Positions 18,066-28,039 of a stretch of DNA of 64,000 nt are shown piece by piece. Within the stretch, counting starts at the first letter, position 1. Each line of letters begins with the position of its first letter. This DNA is from Myxococcota bacterium. Its GTDB lineage: Bacteria > Myxococcota_A > UBA796 > CAJQPC01. The notes under the pieces are model-generated. The model ran no database searches and was not told the DNA's origin. It worked only from the letters and a program-made list of their open reading frames with translations. The stretch lies in NCBI GenBank assembly GCA_036229005.1, contig JAZAMN010000004.1:64001-128000 (forward strand). Direction: 5' to 3'. The translations under genes were made by a program, and so were the position numbers.

Positions 18066-20837
18066 ATGAGCCTGTACACAGCCTACCTTGAAGAGATCGA
18101 GCAGCGGAAGGCGGAGGGCCTGCACCCCAAGCCCATCGAAGACGCCGACATGGTCGAGGTCCTGATCGCCCAGATCCTGGACGCCGATCACGAGCACCGC
18201 GCCCAGTCCCTGGACTTCTTCATCTACAACACGCTGCCCGGCACCACGAGCGCGGCGGGCGTGAAGGCCGAGTTCCTCAAGGGCGTCATCCTGGGCGAGC
18301 ATCAGGTCGCTGAGATCACCCCCGAGTTCGCCTTCGAGCTGCTCTCCCACATGAAGGGCGGCCCCTCCGTCCGCGTCCTGCTGGACCTGGCCCTGGGCGA
18401 GGATCTGACCCTGGCTGCGCAGGCGGCCGAGGTGCTCAAGACCCAGGTGTTCCTCTACGACGCGGACACCGACCGCCTCAAGGAGGCCTACGAGGCCGGC
18501 AGCGCCATTGCCACCGACATCCTGCAGAGCTACGCCGAGGCGGAGTTCTTCACCAAGCTGCCCGAGGTCGAGGAGACCCTGCAGGTCGTGACCTACGTGG
18601 TCGCCGTGGGTGATGTGTCCACCGACCTGCTCTCCCCCGGCAGCGACGCGCACTCCCGCTCCGACCGCGAGCTGCACGGGCAGTGCATGTTCGAGCACGA
18701 CAAGGCCAAGCAGCAGCGCCTGCTGGACCTCAAGGCCGAGCACCCCGACAAGCGCGTGATGCTGGTCGCCGAGAAGGGGACCATGGGCGTGGGCTCCTCC
18801 CGCATGTCCGGCGTGAACAACGTCGCGCTGTGGACCGGCGTGCAGGCCAGCCCCTACGTGCCCTTCATCAACATCGCCCCCATCGTGGGCGGCACCAACG
18901 GCCTGGCCCCCATCTTCCAGACCACCGTGGGCGTGACCGGCGGCATCGGCATCGATCTGAAGAACTGGGTCAAGAAGCTGGACGCCGACGGCAACCCCAT
19001 CGTGGACGCCGACGGCGAGTTCGTGCTGGAGGAGGTCTTCTCCATCGACACCGGCACGGTGCTCACCATCAACACCAAGACCAAGAAGCTCTACAACGCC
19101 GACGGCTCCCAGGAGCTGGCGGACATCAGCTCCGCGCTGACCCCGCAGAAGCAGGAGTTCATCCGCGCAAAGGGCAGCTACGCTGTGGTCTTTGGCAAGA
19201 AGCTCCAGACCACCGCGGCGGCCATCCTGGGCGTGGAGGCCCCCCAGGTCTACGCCTCCTCCAAGGAGATCTCCCACCCCGGCCAGGGCCTGACGGCGGT
19301 CGAGAAGATCTTCAACAAGAACGCCGTGGGCGTGACCCCGGGCACCGTGCTGCACGCCGGCTCCGACGTGCGCGTCCAGGTCAACATCGTCGGCTCCCAG
19401 GACACCACCGGCCTGATGACCTCCCAGGAGCTGGAGATGATGGCCGCGACCGTGGTCTCCCCCAGCCTGGATGGCTCCTACCAGTCCGGCTGCCACACCG
19501 CGTCCGTTTGGAACGCCAAGGCCCGGCGGAACATCCCCAAGCTGATGGGCTTCATGAACCGCTTCGGCCTGGTGACCGCCCGCTCCCCCGAGAAGGCCTA
19601 CAAGCCCCTCACCGACGTGATCCACAAGGTGCTCAACGACATCACCGTGGACGACTGGGCCGTGATCATCGGCGGCGACTCCCACACCCGCATGTCCAAG
19701 GGCGTGGCCTTCGGCGCTGACTCCGGGACCGTGGCCCTGGCCCTGGCCACCGGTGAGGCGACCATGCCCATCCCCGAGTCCGTCAAGGTGACCTTCAAGG
19801 GCAGCCTCAAGGACCACATGGACTTCCGCGACGTGGTCCACGCCACCCAGGCCCAGATGCTGGAGCACTTCGAGGGCAACAACGTCTTCCAGGGCCGCGT
19901 CATCGAGGTCCACATCGGCACGCTGCTGGCCGACCAGGCCTTCACGTTCACCGACTGGACCGCCGAGATGAAGGCCAAGGCCTCCATCTGCATCTCCGAG
20001 CCCGAGACCCTCATCGAGTCCCTGGAGCTGGCCAAGAGCCGCATCCAGCTCATGATCGACCGCGGCATGGAGAACGAGGCCGGGATGCTGCGGGGCCTGA
20101 TCAACAAGGCCGACGCACGCATCGAGGAGCTGCGCACCGGCACCAAGCCCGCGCTGATGCCCGACGACAACGCCAAGTACTTCGCCGAGTTCACGGTGGA
20201 CCTGGACAAGATCGCCGAGCCCATGATCGCCGACCCGGACGTCGACAACGACGACCCCTCCAAGCGCTACACCCACGACACCATCCGCCCCATCTCCTTC
20301 TACGGCGGCGACAAGAAGGTGGACCTGGGCTTTGTGGGCTCCTGCATGGTCCACAAGGGCGACATGCAGATCATCGCCCAGATGCTCCGCAACATCGAGG
20401 CCGACCAGGGCAAGGTCGAGTTCAAGGCCCCCCTGGTCGTGGCACCGCCCACCTACAACATCGTCAACGAGCTCAAGGCCGAGGGCGACTGGGACGTGCT
20501 CCAGAAGTACGCGGGCTTTGAGTTCGACGACTCCGCCCCCAAGACCGAGGCGCGCACCAAGTACCAGAACACGATGTACCTGGAGCGCCCCGGCTGCAAC
20601 CTGTGCATGGGCAACCAGGAGAAGGCCGAGAAGGGTGACACCGTCATGGCCACGTCGACCCGGTTGTTCCAGGGCCGCGTGGTCGCCGACAGCGACGAGA
20701 AGAAGGGCGAGTCCCTCTTGGCCTCCACCCCCGTCGTGGTGCTCTCCACCATCCTGGGCCGCACGCCCACGATCCAGGAGTACACCGCCGCGGTCAAGGG
20801 CATCAAGCTGACCAACTACGCGCCCCCCACGCGCTGA
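18066..20837 (+). CDS. acnB: Bifunctional aconitate hydratase 2 / 2-methylisocitrate dehydratase
   Basis: TDLLSP, GVGSSRMS, GSQDTTG, QSGCHT, GGDSHTRM, FVGSCM, PGCNLCMGNQ and TSTR motifs. Confidence 0.95.
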   Translation: MSLYTAYLEEIEQRKAEGLHPKPIEDADMVEVLIAQILDADHEHRAQSLDFFIYNTLPGTTSAAGVKAEFLKGVILGEHQVAEITPEFAFELLSHMKGGPSVRVLLDLALGEDLTLAAQAAEVLKTQVFLYDADTDRLKEAYEAGSAIATDILQSYAEAEFFTKLPEVEETLQVVTYVVAVGDVSTDLLSPGSDAHSRSDRELHGQCMFEHDKAKQQRLLDLKAEHPDKRVMLVAEKGTMGVGSSRMSGVNNVALWTGVQASPYVPFINIAPIVGGTNGLAPIFQTTVGVTGGIGIDLKNWVKKLDADGNPIVDADGEFVLEEVFSIDTGTVLTINTKTKKLYNADGSQELADISSALTPQKQEFIRAKGSYAVVFGKKLQTTAAAILGVEAPQVYASSKEISHPGQGLTAVEKIFNKNAVGVTPGTVLHAGSDVRVQVNIVGSQDTTGLMTSQELEMMAATVVSPSLDGSYQSGCHTASVWNAKARRNIPKLMGFMNRFGLVTARSPEKAYKPLTDVIHKVLNDITVDDWAVIIGGDSHTRMSKGVAFGADSGTVALALATGEATMPIPESVKVTFKGSLKDHMDFRDVVHATQAQMLEHFEGNNVFQGRVIEVHIGTLLADQAFTFTDWTAEMKAKASICISEPETLIESLELAKSRIQLMIDRGMENEAGMLRGLINKADARIEELRTGTKPALMPDDNAKYFAEFTVDLDKIAEPMIADPDVDNDDPSKRYTHDTIRPISFYGGDKKVDLGFVGSCMVHKGDMQIIAQMLRNIEADQGKVEFKAPLVVAPPTYNIVNELKAEGDWDVLQKYAGFEFDDSAPKTEARTKYQNTMYLERPGCNLCMGNQEKAEKGDTVMATSTRLFQGRVVADSDEKKGESLLASTPVVVLSTILGRTPTIQEYTAAVKGIKLTNYAPPTR

Positions 20838-20843
20838 GGCCGG

Positions 20844-22130
20844 TCACTCCAGGACGTAGCCTCCAGCCAGGATCTGCAGGACCTCCTTTGCGAAGGTCGT
20901 CAGGTCCTGGCTGCGGGTGTCCCAGAGAGCGGTCCAGGGATCGGCGTCGATGACCGCTTGCTGATCCTCCTCGGGGACATCGGTCAGGTCTGGATCGACC
21001 ATCGTGTCGCCCTTCTCCCGTACGATCCGCTCGAACTCGGGGCCATCTCCGGCCTCGAGCGCTTCGATGACCTCATCGGGCAGCTCGGTGTGCACCACGA
21101 AGGTGTTGCCGGCGTCGATGCCGCCTTCGATGAACGCGTCGTTGACGGCCTCGGTCCACTTGCTGGCCTTGAGCACTCCCAGGGCCTCTTTGCCCCGGGC
21201 GTCGGCGATGGGGAAGGTGTTGGACTTGCGGCCGATGTTCAGGTGCCGCCTGTGCTTGACGCCATCGGCGGCCTCTGGCGGCGCTTCGTCGGCCTCGTCG
21301 TCCACGCCATAGCGACCGCGCAGGTACTGAACGCTCGCTTCGAGCGCCTCCTCTTCCCGGGTCACAGAGCCCAGCTTGGTCATCTTGCTCTCGGACTTCA
21401 TGAGCTTGTTGTGGTACGCCCGCTGGGCGGGGTGGATGGTCGCCCAGAGCTCCTCAGCGGTCTTGATGTGGATGTTCTGGTTGACCAGGACGCTGACAAG
21501 GCGGCTGTCCCTGGCCTCGTCGTAGCCGGGCATGCCCTGGATCGCTTTCAGGGCGTCGGTCCGCCACTGCTTCTTGGTCTTGTGGGCCTCGCCCGTGACG
21601 TAGTCGACGTCCCCGAAGCGGATGAGCTGAACAGCCCCGGCGCTTGAGCCGCTCGAGTCGCCGCCCTGGTCCAGCAGCGACTCCGCGCTCTCACCCGCGA
21701 CGACCTTGTCTGCCACTGCGTCCGCGTGGCGCTCGTAGCTGTCCCCGGCCTGCCCTGTCGCCCCCTTGAGCTGCACGCCCTGGCGTTGTTGGACTGTGTG
21801 GGCCGCCTCATGGGCCGCGGTGTGAAGGTCTGGGGAGGCACCGAAGCCGACGCTGTTCCCGGAGGCATAGGCGTGTGCTCCCAGCGCGGTCGCGGCCTCG
21901 GCCGTGGCCCCGCCGATGCTTGCCTTGACGTCCGTGACGTCGTGGCGCCCAAAGCTCTCTTGGATCCGGTCCAGGTGTGGCAGCGGGCTGCTTGCCCCCT
22001 GGGTCCCGCGCGCTGCGATGGCGCTCGCATCGGCCAGGTGGTCGCTGCCCAGGGGGTCGCTGAGGGCGTCGGGGGCGCTGGAGGCGGTGCCAAGCTCTCG
22101 GCGCTGCACAGGGGGGCGGGTATCGAGCAT
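20844..22130 (-). CDS. DUF4157 (eCIS core domain) protein with an uncharacterised C-terminal, probably toxin-like domain
   Basis: [17 protein letters not shown]..., [34 protein letters not shown], then AVQL and an unrelated C-terminal region. Confidence 0.8.
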   Translation of the reverse strand: MLDTRPPVQRRELGTASSAPDALSDPLGSDHLADASAIAARGTQGASSPLPHLDRIQESFGRHDVTDVKASIGGATAEAATALGAHAYASGNSVGFGASPDLHTAAHEAAHTVQQRQGVQLKGATGQAGDSYERHADAVADKVVAGESAESLLDQGGDSSGSSAGAVQLIRFGDVDYVTGEAHKTKKQWRTDALKAIQGMPGYDEARDSRLVSVLVNQNIHIKTAEELWATIHPAQRAYHNKLMKSESKMTKLGSVTREEEALEASVQYLRGRYGVDDEADEAPPEAADGVKHRRHLNIGRKSNTFPIADARGKEALGVLKASKWTEAVNDAFIEGGIDAGNTFVVHTELPDEVIEALEAGDGPEFERIVREKGDTMVDPDLTDVPEEDQQAVIDADPWTALWDTRSQDLTTFAKEVLQILAGGYVLE

Positions 22131-22213
22131 GCGGTCTTCCCAGTCAGGAGATCAACTTACGCTGAATCCCCGCATTCCGGGATTGCGGAGCATTTCGGCC
22201 GCCGCCGAAACAG

Positions 22214-23653
22214 TCAGGGGACCACGACCTCCACGCCCCGGCTCTCCACCCCGGCCTTGTTCGCCGCGCTGATGGCCCAGTGGCCGCTGGTCAGGGGCAG
22301 GGTGTCCTCGCTGGCGGGGTGGATGGAGACCAGTGTCCAGGCGTTCCCGTCGGCTCGATAGGTGAGCCACCAGCGCGCGGTGGGATGATCCACCTCGACC
22401 CCCGCATCGGTCTGTGTGAGGGTCGGGACCCGGACCTTGGTGTCCGCCTGGTCGAACACGGCAGGGGGCAGCGCCGGGGTGGCGTAGAGCTCCTGGCTGA
22501 ACACATCGCGGATGCCATCTGTGTTCTGTACCAAGGGGTCGATGTGGTAGTAGATGGACCCCGTGCCGCCGGCCTCGCGGGTCAGGCGCACCTGCTCCCG
22601 GATCTCGTCGACGTCCCAACTGCTGCTGCTCCCGAGCTGATACAGAGCGTGTCCGGAGAAGGTGTGTCGGCCCGCTTGGGGCAGGTTGGCCCACCACTGT
22701 ACAAGGGGGCCAAACGCTTGCGCGCTCTGTGAGCTTGGCCAGTACAGTTGAGGTGCGAGGTAGTCGACCCACCCCTCTGCTTTCCACAGCACGGGGTCGG
22801 CGTAGAGGGACTCGTATTGGTCCAGGCCGCTGATGCCTTCGGGCTGGCCGGGGCGGTAGATGCCAAAGGGGCTGATGCCGAAGCGCACCTGGGGGTCGAT
22901 CTCTGCGACGGTCTGTGCGACCCGCTCCATCATCCGGTTGACGTTGTCCCGCCGCCAGTCCGCCAGGCTCATGCCGCCGCCGTAGGCCGCGTAGGTGGCG
23001 TCGTCGGGGAAGTCCGAGCCGTCGGGGTAGGGGTAGAAGTAGTCGTCAAAGTGCACGCCGTCGACGTCGTAGCGGGTGACCAGGTCCCGGATGACGGCCT
23101 CCAGGTGGTCCTGCACGGCGGGCGCGCCCGGGTCCAGCCACAGGGTGCTGCCATAGGTGTAGGCGTACTGGCTGTTGACCACGCTCTGGTGGTTGCTGGC
23201 CGCGGAGGCGCTGGCGCTGGCCTTGGCGCGGTAGGGGTTGAGCCACGCGTGCACCTCGAGCCCGCGGGCGTGGCCCTCGTCCAACACAAACTGCAGAGGG
23301 TCCCAGCCGGGGTCCTGGCCCTGGGTGCCCGTCAGGTAGCGGCTCCAGGGGTCCAGCTCGGAGGCGTAGAGGGCGTCGGCCTCGGGGCGCACCTGGAAGA
23401 ACACGGCGTTCAGCCCGCTGGCCTGGGCGGTGTCGAGCAGGGTGAGCAGCTCGGCTTGGGAGGCGCTGGCGCTCAGGCCGCTCTCGCTGGGCCAGTTGAT
23501 GTTCCAGACCGTCGCGATCCAGACGCCGCGCAGCTCCCGCTCGTGCGACACGAGGACGCCGCTCTCCTGGGCGCCGGTGTCGTCAAAGCGGGTGATGGGG
23601 TTGTCCGGCGTGGTCCAGGAGCCGGTGCAGGCGAGCAGGGCGAGGGGGAGCAA
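22214..23653 (-). CDS. GHL10 / YddW(DigH)-like glycoside hydrolase lipoprotein
   Basis: RELRGVWIATVWNINWPS, FQVRP..DALY, EVHAWLNPYRA, YDVDGVHFDDYFYPYP, VDYLAPQLYW. Lipobox LALLAC. Confidence 0.9.
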   Translation of the reverse strand: MLPLALLACTGSWTTPDNPITRFDDTGAQESGVLVSHERELRGVWIATVWNINWPSESGLSASASQAELLTLLDTAQASGLNAVFFQVRPEADALYASELDPWSRYLTGTQGQDPGWDPLQFVLDEGHARGLEVHAWLNPYRAKASASASAASNHQSVVNSQYAYTYGSTLWLDPGAPAVQDHLEAVIRDLVTRYDVDGVHFDDYFYPYPDGSDFPDDATYAAYGGGMSLADWRRDNVNRMMERVAQTVAEIDPQVRFGISPFGIYRPGQPEGISGLDQYESLYADPVLWKAEGWVDYLAPQLYWPSSQSAQAFGPLVQWWANLPQAGRHTFSGHALYQLGSSSSWDVDEIREQVRLTREAGGTGSIYYHIDPLVQNTDGIRDVFSQELYATPALPPAVFDQADTKVRVPTLTQTDAGVEVDHPTARWWLTYRADGNAWTLVSIHPASEDTLPLTSGHWAISAANKAGVESRGVEVVVP

Positions 23654-23804
23654 GGGGGCCTCCGAGGGGACATCCTATCGCCGCCGTGGGCGCTGTACAG
23701 GCGCCGGTGCGCTGGTCGATGGCCGGGAACGCTGTGTGCCGGATCTGGGCGCTTGCCTTGGGGCTGGCCGTGGGCAGCTTGCCGACCCCAGATTGGAGAT
23801 CCCC

Positions 23805-24434
23805 GTGTTCCTCAAGAACCTGAACTGGCGCTACGCAACCAAGAAGATGGACCCCAGCAAGGCGGTCCCCGCCGACAAGGTCGAGCAGATCGTGGAGGCC
23901 GTGCGCCTGGCCCCCACCTCGTCCGGGCTGCAGCCCTTCGAGCTCTTTGTCATCACAAACGACGCCGTGCGCGAGCAGATCCGTCCGGTGGCCTGGAACC
24001 AGTCTGTGATCACCGAGGGCTCCCACCTGCTCGTGTTCGCCGCCTGGGACAACTACACCGCCGAGCGCATCGACGAGGTCGTGGACCTGATGGTCGAGAA
24101 GCGCGGGCACACCCCCATGCTCGAGGCCTACTACACCAAGCTCAAGGCCGCCTACGTCGAGCGCGACCCCGAGCTGAACTACGCGCACGCCGCCCGGCAG
24201 GCCTACATCGCCCTGGGCTTCGCCATGGCCGCCGCCGCGGAGCTCCAGGTGGACTGCACCCCCATCGAGGGCTTCTCCCCGGAGAAGGTGGACGAGATCC
24301 TGGGGCTGCGCGAAAAGGGCCTGCGATCTGTGGTGCTCCTGCCGCTGGGCTACCGCGCGGAAGAGGGCGACTGGCTGCTGCCGATGGCCAAGGTCCGCAA
24401 GCCCGTCGAGAAGATGGTCAGCGTGATTGACTGA
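23805..24434 (+). CDS. Nitroreductase family NAD(P)H-dependent oxidoreductase
   Basis: LNWRYATKK, LAPTSSGLQP, YIALG, DCTPIEGF, LPLGYR, KVRK. GTG after GGAG. Confidence 0.9.
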   Translation: MFLKNLNWRYATKKMDPSKAVPADKVEQIVEAVRLAPTSSGLQPFELFVITNDAVREQIRPVAWNQSVITEGSHLLVFAAWDNYTAERIDEVVDLMVEKRGHTPMLEAYYTKLKAAYVERDPELNYAHAARQAYIALGFAMAAAAELQVDCTPIEGFSPEKVDEILGLREKGLRSVVLLPLGYRAEEGDWLLPMAKVRKPVEKMVSVID

Positions 24435-24455
24435 TTGAAATCTGGCTTTTGGGCT

Positions 24456-25076
24456 ATGCTCCGCGGCATGCCCTACTTAGCCGAAGACTTCCGCTCGCTC
24501 CTCCCGGAACAACAACTCCGGGAGCTTCAGCTCAGCGGGAGCGTGGTCGTGGGGCTCCGGGCGGACAACACAGTGGGGTTCACCAACGCAGCGTGGGCCC
24601 GCTTCGCCAAGCAGAACAACGGGGGGGGCGCAGTCGAGGACTGGCGGGGCAGCTTGATCGAGGCCGTCTCGCCGGAGCTCAGGGGCTTCTACCTGAAGCT
24701 CTTTGAGACCGCGCGCGCCACGGGAGAGCCCCAGGATCATCGATATCAATGCTCCGACAAGGAAAAATACCGGGAGTTCATGCTGCGGGTGCTGCCGCTG
24801 CCCAGCGGCGCGCTGATCCTCATCCACCACAAGGTCCTGGAGACCCCCCACGGATGGGAGCGCGGCACAGTGGGGGACCAGTACCGGAACGCGGACGGAT
24901 TTGTCGTCCAGTGCTCTCACTGTCGCCGCACCCGCCGGGCGGATGATCCGCTCACCTGGGACTGGGTGCCGGCCTACCTGGAGCGCCAGGCAGGCATCAG
25001 CCACGGTCTGTGTGGGCACTGCTTTCGGCACTACTACGAGGAGTTCGAGGGCGCGCCGGAGGAAGGCCAGCTCTGA
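24456..25076 (+). CDS. PAS-like domain protein with a C-terminal Cys/His (Zn-ribbon-like) motif
   Basis: FTNAAWARFAKQN PAS-like start; CSHCRR...W...ISHGLCGHC. Confidence 0.6.
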   Translation: MLRGMPYLAEDFRSLLPEQQLRELQLSGSVVVGLRADNTVGFTNAAWARFAKQNNGGGAVEDWRGSLIEAVSPELRGFYLKLFETARATGEPQDHRYQCSDKEKYREFMLRVLPLPSGALILIHHKVLETPHGWERGTVGDQYRNADGFVVQCSHCRRTRRADDPLTWDWVPAYLERQAGISHGLCGHCFRHYYEEFEGAPEEGQL

Positions 25077-25154
25077 GCGCTCGGAGCCTTGTCCCTGTTG
25101 CACAGCCCCCCGGGCCGGCGATAACGAATCGCAGACCTCCAGCCTGGGCAATCC

Positions 25155-26144
25155 ATGAGCGGGCTCCTCGCCCTCCTTGACGACGTCGCCGCCATCGCCA
25201 AAGTCGCCGCCTCCAGCATCGACGATGTCGCCTCCGCGGCGGCCGAGGCCAGCAGCAAGACCGCCGGCGTGGTGATCGACGACGCCGCTGTCGCCCCCAA
25301 GTACGTCCAGGGCTTCCAGCCGGAGCGGGAGCTGCCCATCATCTGGCAGATCGCCAAGGGCTCCCTGCTGAACAAGCTCGTGGTGCTGCTGCCCGCCGCC
25401 ATGCTGCTCAACCGCTTCGCGCCCGGCGCCATCACCCCGCTGCTCATGCTGGGCGGCAGCTACCTGTGCTTCGAGGGCGCCGAGAAGATCCTCCACGCCG
25501 TGATGCCCCACGACGACGCGCCCGGAGAGGCGGAGGAGGCCTACGACTCCCCCGAGGCCCTGGAGCAGGCCAAGGTCAAGGGCGCGGTCAAGACCGACTT
25601 CATCCTGTCCGCGGAGATCATGGCCATCTCCCTGTCCGCCATCCCCGAGAGCACGCTGATGATCGAGGCCGGCGCCCTGGCGATGGTCGGCACGGGCGTC
25701 ACCCTGGGCGTCTACGGCGTCGTCGGCCTGATCATCAAGATGGACGACGTGGGCTTGCACCTGGCCGCCAAGGGCCAAAGCCGCGCGGTCCAGGCCTTCG
25801 GGCGCGGGCTGGTGCGCGGCATGCCCATCCTGCTCAAGGTGCTCTCCGTGGTCGGCACCGCCGCCATGCTGTGGGTGGGCGGGAACATCGTCATCCACGG
25901 CCTGCACGAGCTCGGCGTCCACCACCCCTACCAAGAGATCCACCACATCGCCGAAGCCGCCGGGCACGCCATGCCCCAAGCGCTCACCGGCGCTGTGTCC
26001 TGGGTGGTCACTGCGGCCTGTGACGGCGTGCTGGGGCTGCTCTACGGCCTGCTGCTCATCCCCCTGGTCACCAAGGTGCTCTCGCCGGTGTTCGGCAAGC
26101 TCAAGGGCCTGTGGCCCCGCAAGGCCGAGGCCGCTCCGGAGTGA
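25155..26144 (+). CDS. DUF808 (YedI-like) membrane protein
   Basis: GLLALLDDVA, GVVIDDAAV.PKYV, RELPIIWQIAKGS, TDFILSAEIM, VGTAAMLWVGG. Confidence 0.9.
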   Translation: MSGLLALLDDVAAIAKVAASSIDDVASAAAEASSKTAGVVIDDAAVAPKYVQGFQPERELPIIWQIAKGSLLNKLVVLLPAAMLLNRFAPGAITPLLMLGGSYLCFEGAEKILHAVMPHDDAPGEAEEAYDSPEALEQAKVKGAVKTDFILSAEIMAISLSAIPESTLMIEAGALAMVGTGVTLGVYGVVGLIIKMDDVGLHLAAKGQSRAVQAFGRGLVRGMPILLKVLSVVGTAAMLWVGGNIVIHGLHELGVHHPYQEIHHIAEAAGHAMPQALTGAVSWVVTAACDGVLGLLYGLLLIPLVTKVLSPVFGKLKGLWPRKAEAAPE

Positions 26145-28021
26145 AGCGCCGGACCTTCCTCATCGCAGGCTCCGCCGTCGCCGGACTGGGTCTGGTGGGA
26201 GGGGCTGTTGGGCTCAAGCGCATCCAGGCCCACCGCCAGAGCCTCCCGCCCGTGGGCACCGGAACAGCAGATCGGGTCACCGGCGAGGTCAGGGTGGCGG
26301 TGATCGGCGGCGGCCTGGCCGGGATGGCAGCGGCGGCGACCCTGGCGGAGCGCGGCTACCGGGTGACGCTGCTGGAGGCCGCCTCGCAGCTCGGCGGCAA
26401 GCTGGCGGGCTGGCCCATCCAGGTGCAGGGCGAGACGGTGCCCATGGAGCACGGTTTCCACGGCTTCTTCTCGCAGTACTACAACCTGCGACAGTTCCTG
26501 CATCAGGCGGGGGCCGACCAGCACTTCGTGCCGCAGCAGGCCTACACGGTGCTGTTCGCGGACGGCCACGAAGAGGCCTTCGGGGGCGGCGAGCAGCAGC
26601 CCTTCCCCCTGGACCTGCTGCAGGTGCTCAAGGAGTCGCCCACCCTGGGCTTCTTCGACGTCGCCGGGGACCGGCCGGGCATGCAGGCGCTGCTCAGCTA
26701 CCACCCCGAGCACACCTTCGCGCGCTGGGACGGGCTGGACGCCGAGCGCTTCGTCACCCAGGGCAAGCTGGAGGGTCCCTTCTCCGAGCTGGTGCTGCGC
26801 CCCTTTGGGCAGGCCTCCATGAACAGCCTGGAGCACTTCTCCGCCGCGGAGCTGATCCGCTTCTTCCACTTCTACATGCTGGGAAACCCCGAGGGCCTGG
26901 GCTTCGACGCTCTGGGGCTGGGCTGCCACCTGTCCATCCTGGCGCCCCTGCAGGCCCACCTGGAGGCCCTGGGAGTGGACATCCGCCTGAGCACGCCAGC
27001 CCGCAAGGTGGAGCTCCAGGACGGGCGCGCGACGGGCGTGCGGGTGGGCAGCGGGACCCAGACGCTGAGCGTCCCGCTGTCGCAGATTCCTGAGCAGGGG
27101 TGGGTCGCTGTGGGGCCCGCGTTTGTGCGACAGGTCCCCGGGGGCTTCGAGGCCCTGGACGGGCGCTGCACCCACATGGGCTGTCCGGTGGGGCTGTCGC
27201 AGACTGGGGGCTTTGTGTGTCCGTGTCACGCGGGCCGCTACGACGAGCGCGGACAGAACATCGGCGGGCCGCCCCCGCGGCCCCTGCAGCCCATCCAGGT
27301 GGAGCAGGTGGGAGATGTGCTTCAGCTTGTCCTCGCCGGCGCTGATGAGCTCCTGGAGGTGGAGCAGGTCATCCTGGCGACGGAGGTGGGGGGCCTGCAG
27401 GCTCTGGCTGATACATCTTCCTTCTCCTCCCTGGCCCCCGGGCTGCATGAGGCCGCCCACGCGGTGACGATGGCCGAGCCCTATGCGGTGTGTCGCTTCT
27501 GGTTTGATACACCTGTGCGGGCCGGACGCACGGACTTCTACACCGTCGCGGGCTTTGACTGGACCGACTCGCTGGCCATCTACTCGCAGTTCCAGCACCC
27601 CTTCATCGAGTGGGCCGAGCGCACGGGTGGGTGTGTCATCGAGTCCCACGCCTACGCCATCCCCCCCGAGCTGGAGGGCAGCGTCCAGGACCACGAGGCC
27701 GCCCTGCTCGCGGAGCTGCGGCAGGCCTTCCCCGAGCTCGCGGACGCCAAGGTGCTGCACGCGGAGTCGATGACCCAGCGGAACTTCACGGGTTTTGCGC
27801 CTGGGGCCTGGGACAAGCGCAGCGGCGTGCAGACGGAGATCCCCAACCTGTGGCTGGCGGGGGATCACGTCAAGCTGGACTTCCCCGCCTTCTTGATGGA
27901 GGCCGCGGTCTCCAGCGGGCGCCTGGCGGCGGCCCACATCTGCGCAGGGGACGGGGTGCGGGAGCCCGAGCTGCACGCGGTGGAGCTGCAGGGCCGGCTG
28001 GCTGGGGTTCTGCCGAGCTGA
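26141..28021 (+). CDS. FAD-dependent oxidoreductase with an internal Rieske [2Fe-2S] domain (CrtU/CruE-like), twin-arginine-like N-terminus
   Basis: KRRTFL, GGGLAGMAAA, GGKLAGW, EHGFHGFFSQYYNL, FHFYMLGNPEGL, CTHMGC...CPCHAG, LAGD, LMEAAVSSG. Confidence 0.8.
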   Translation: MKRRTFLIAGSAVAGLGLVGGAVGLKRIQAHRQSLPPVGTGTADRVTGEVRVAVIGGGLAGMAAAATLAERGYRVTLLEAASQLGGKLAGWPIQVQGETVPMEHGFHGFFSQYYNLRQFLHQAGADQHFVPQQAYTVLFADGHEEAFGGGEQQPFPLDLLQVLKESPTLGFFDVAGDRPGMQALLSYHPEHTFARWDGLDAERFVTQGKLEGPFSELVLRPFGQASMNSLEHFSAAELIRFFHFYMLGNPEGLGFDALGLGCHLSILAPLQAHLEALGVDIRLSTPARKVELQDGRATGVRVGSGTQTLSVPLSQIPEQGWVAVGPAFVRQVPGGFEALDGRCTHMGCPVGLSQTGGFVCPCHAGRYDERGQNIGGPPPRPLQPIQVEQVGDVLQLVLAGADELLEVEQVILATEVGGLQALADTSSFSSLAPGLHEAAHAVTMAEPYAVCRFWFDTPVRAGRTDFYTVAGFDWTDSLAIYSQFQHPFIEWAERTGGCVIESHAYAIPPELEGSVQDHEAALLAELRQAFPELADAKVLHAESMTQRNFTGFAPGAWDKRSGVQTEIPNLWLAGDHVKLDFPAFLMEAAVSSGRLAAAHICAGDGVREPELHAVELQGRLAGVLPS

Positions 28022-28039
28022 GCGCGGGCGGTGCGTCTC

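Noticed and set aside
17877..20354. 1173-aa minus-strand ORF 16833-20354
   Set aside because: Only the last ~347 codons encode Pip. The rest is the antisense shadow of acnB, open because of high GC3.
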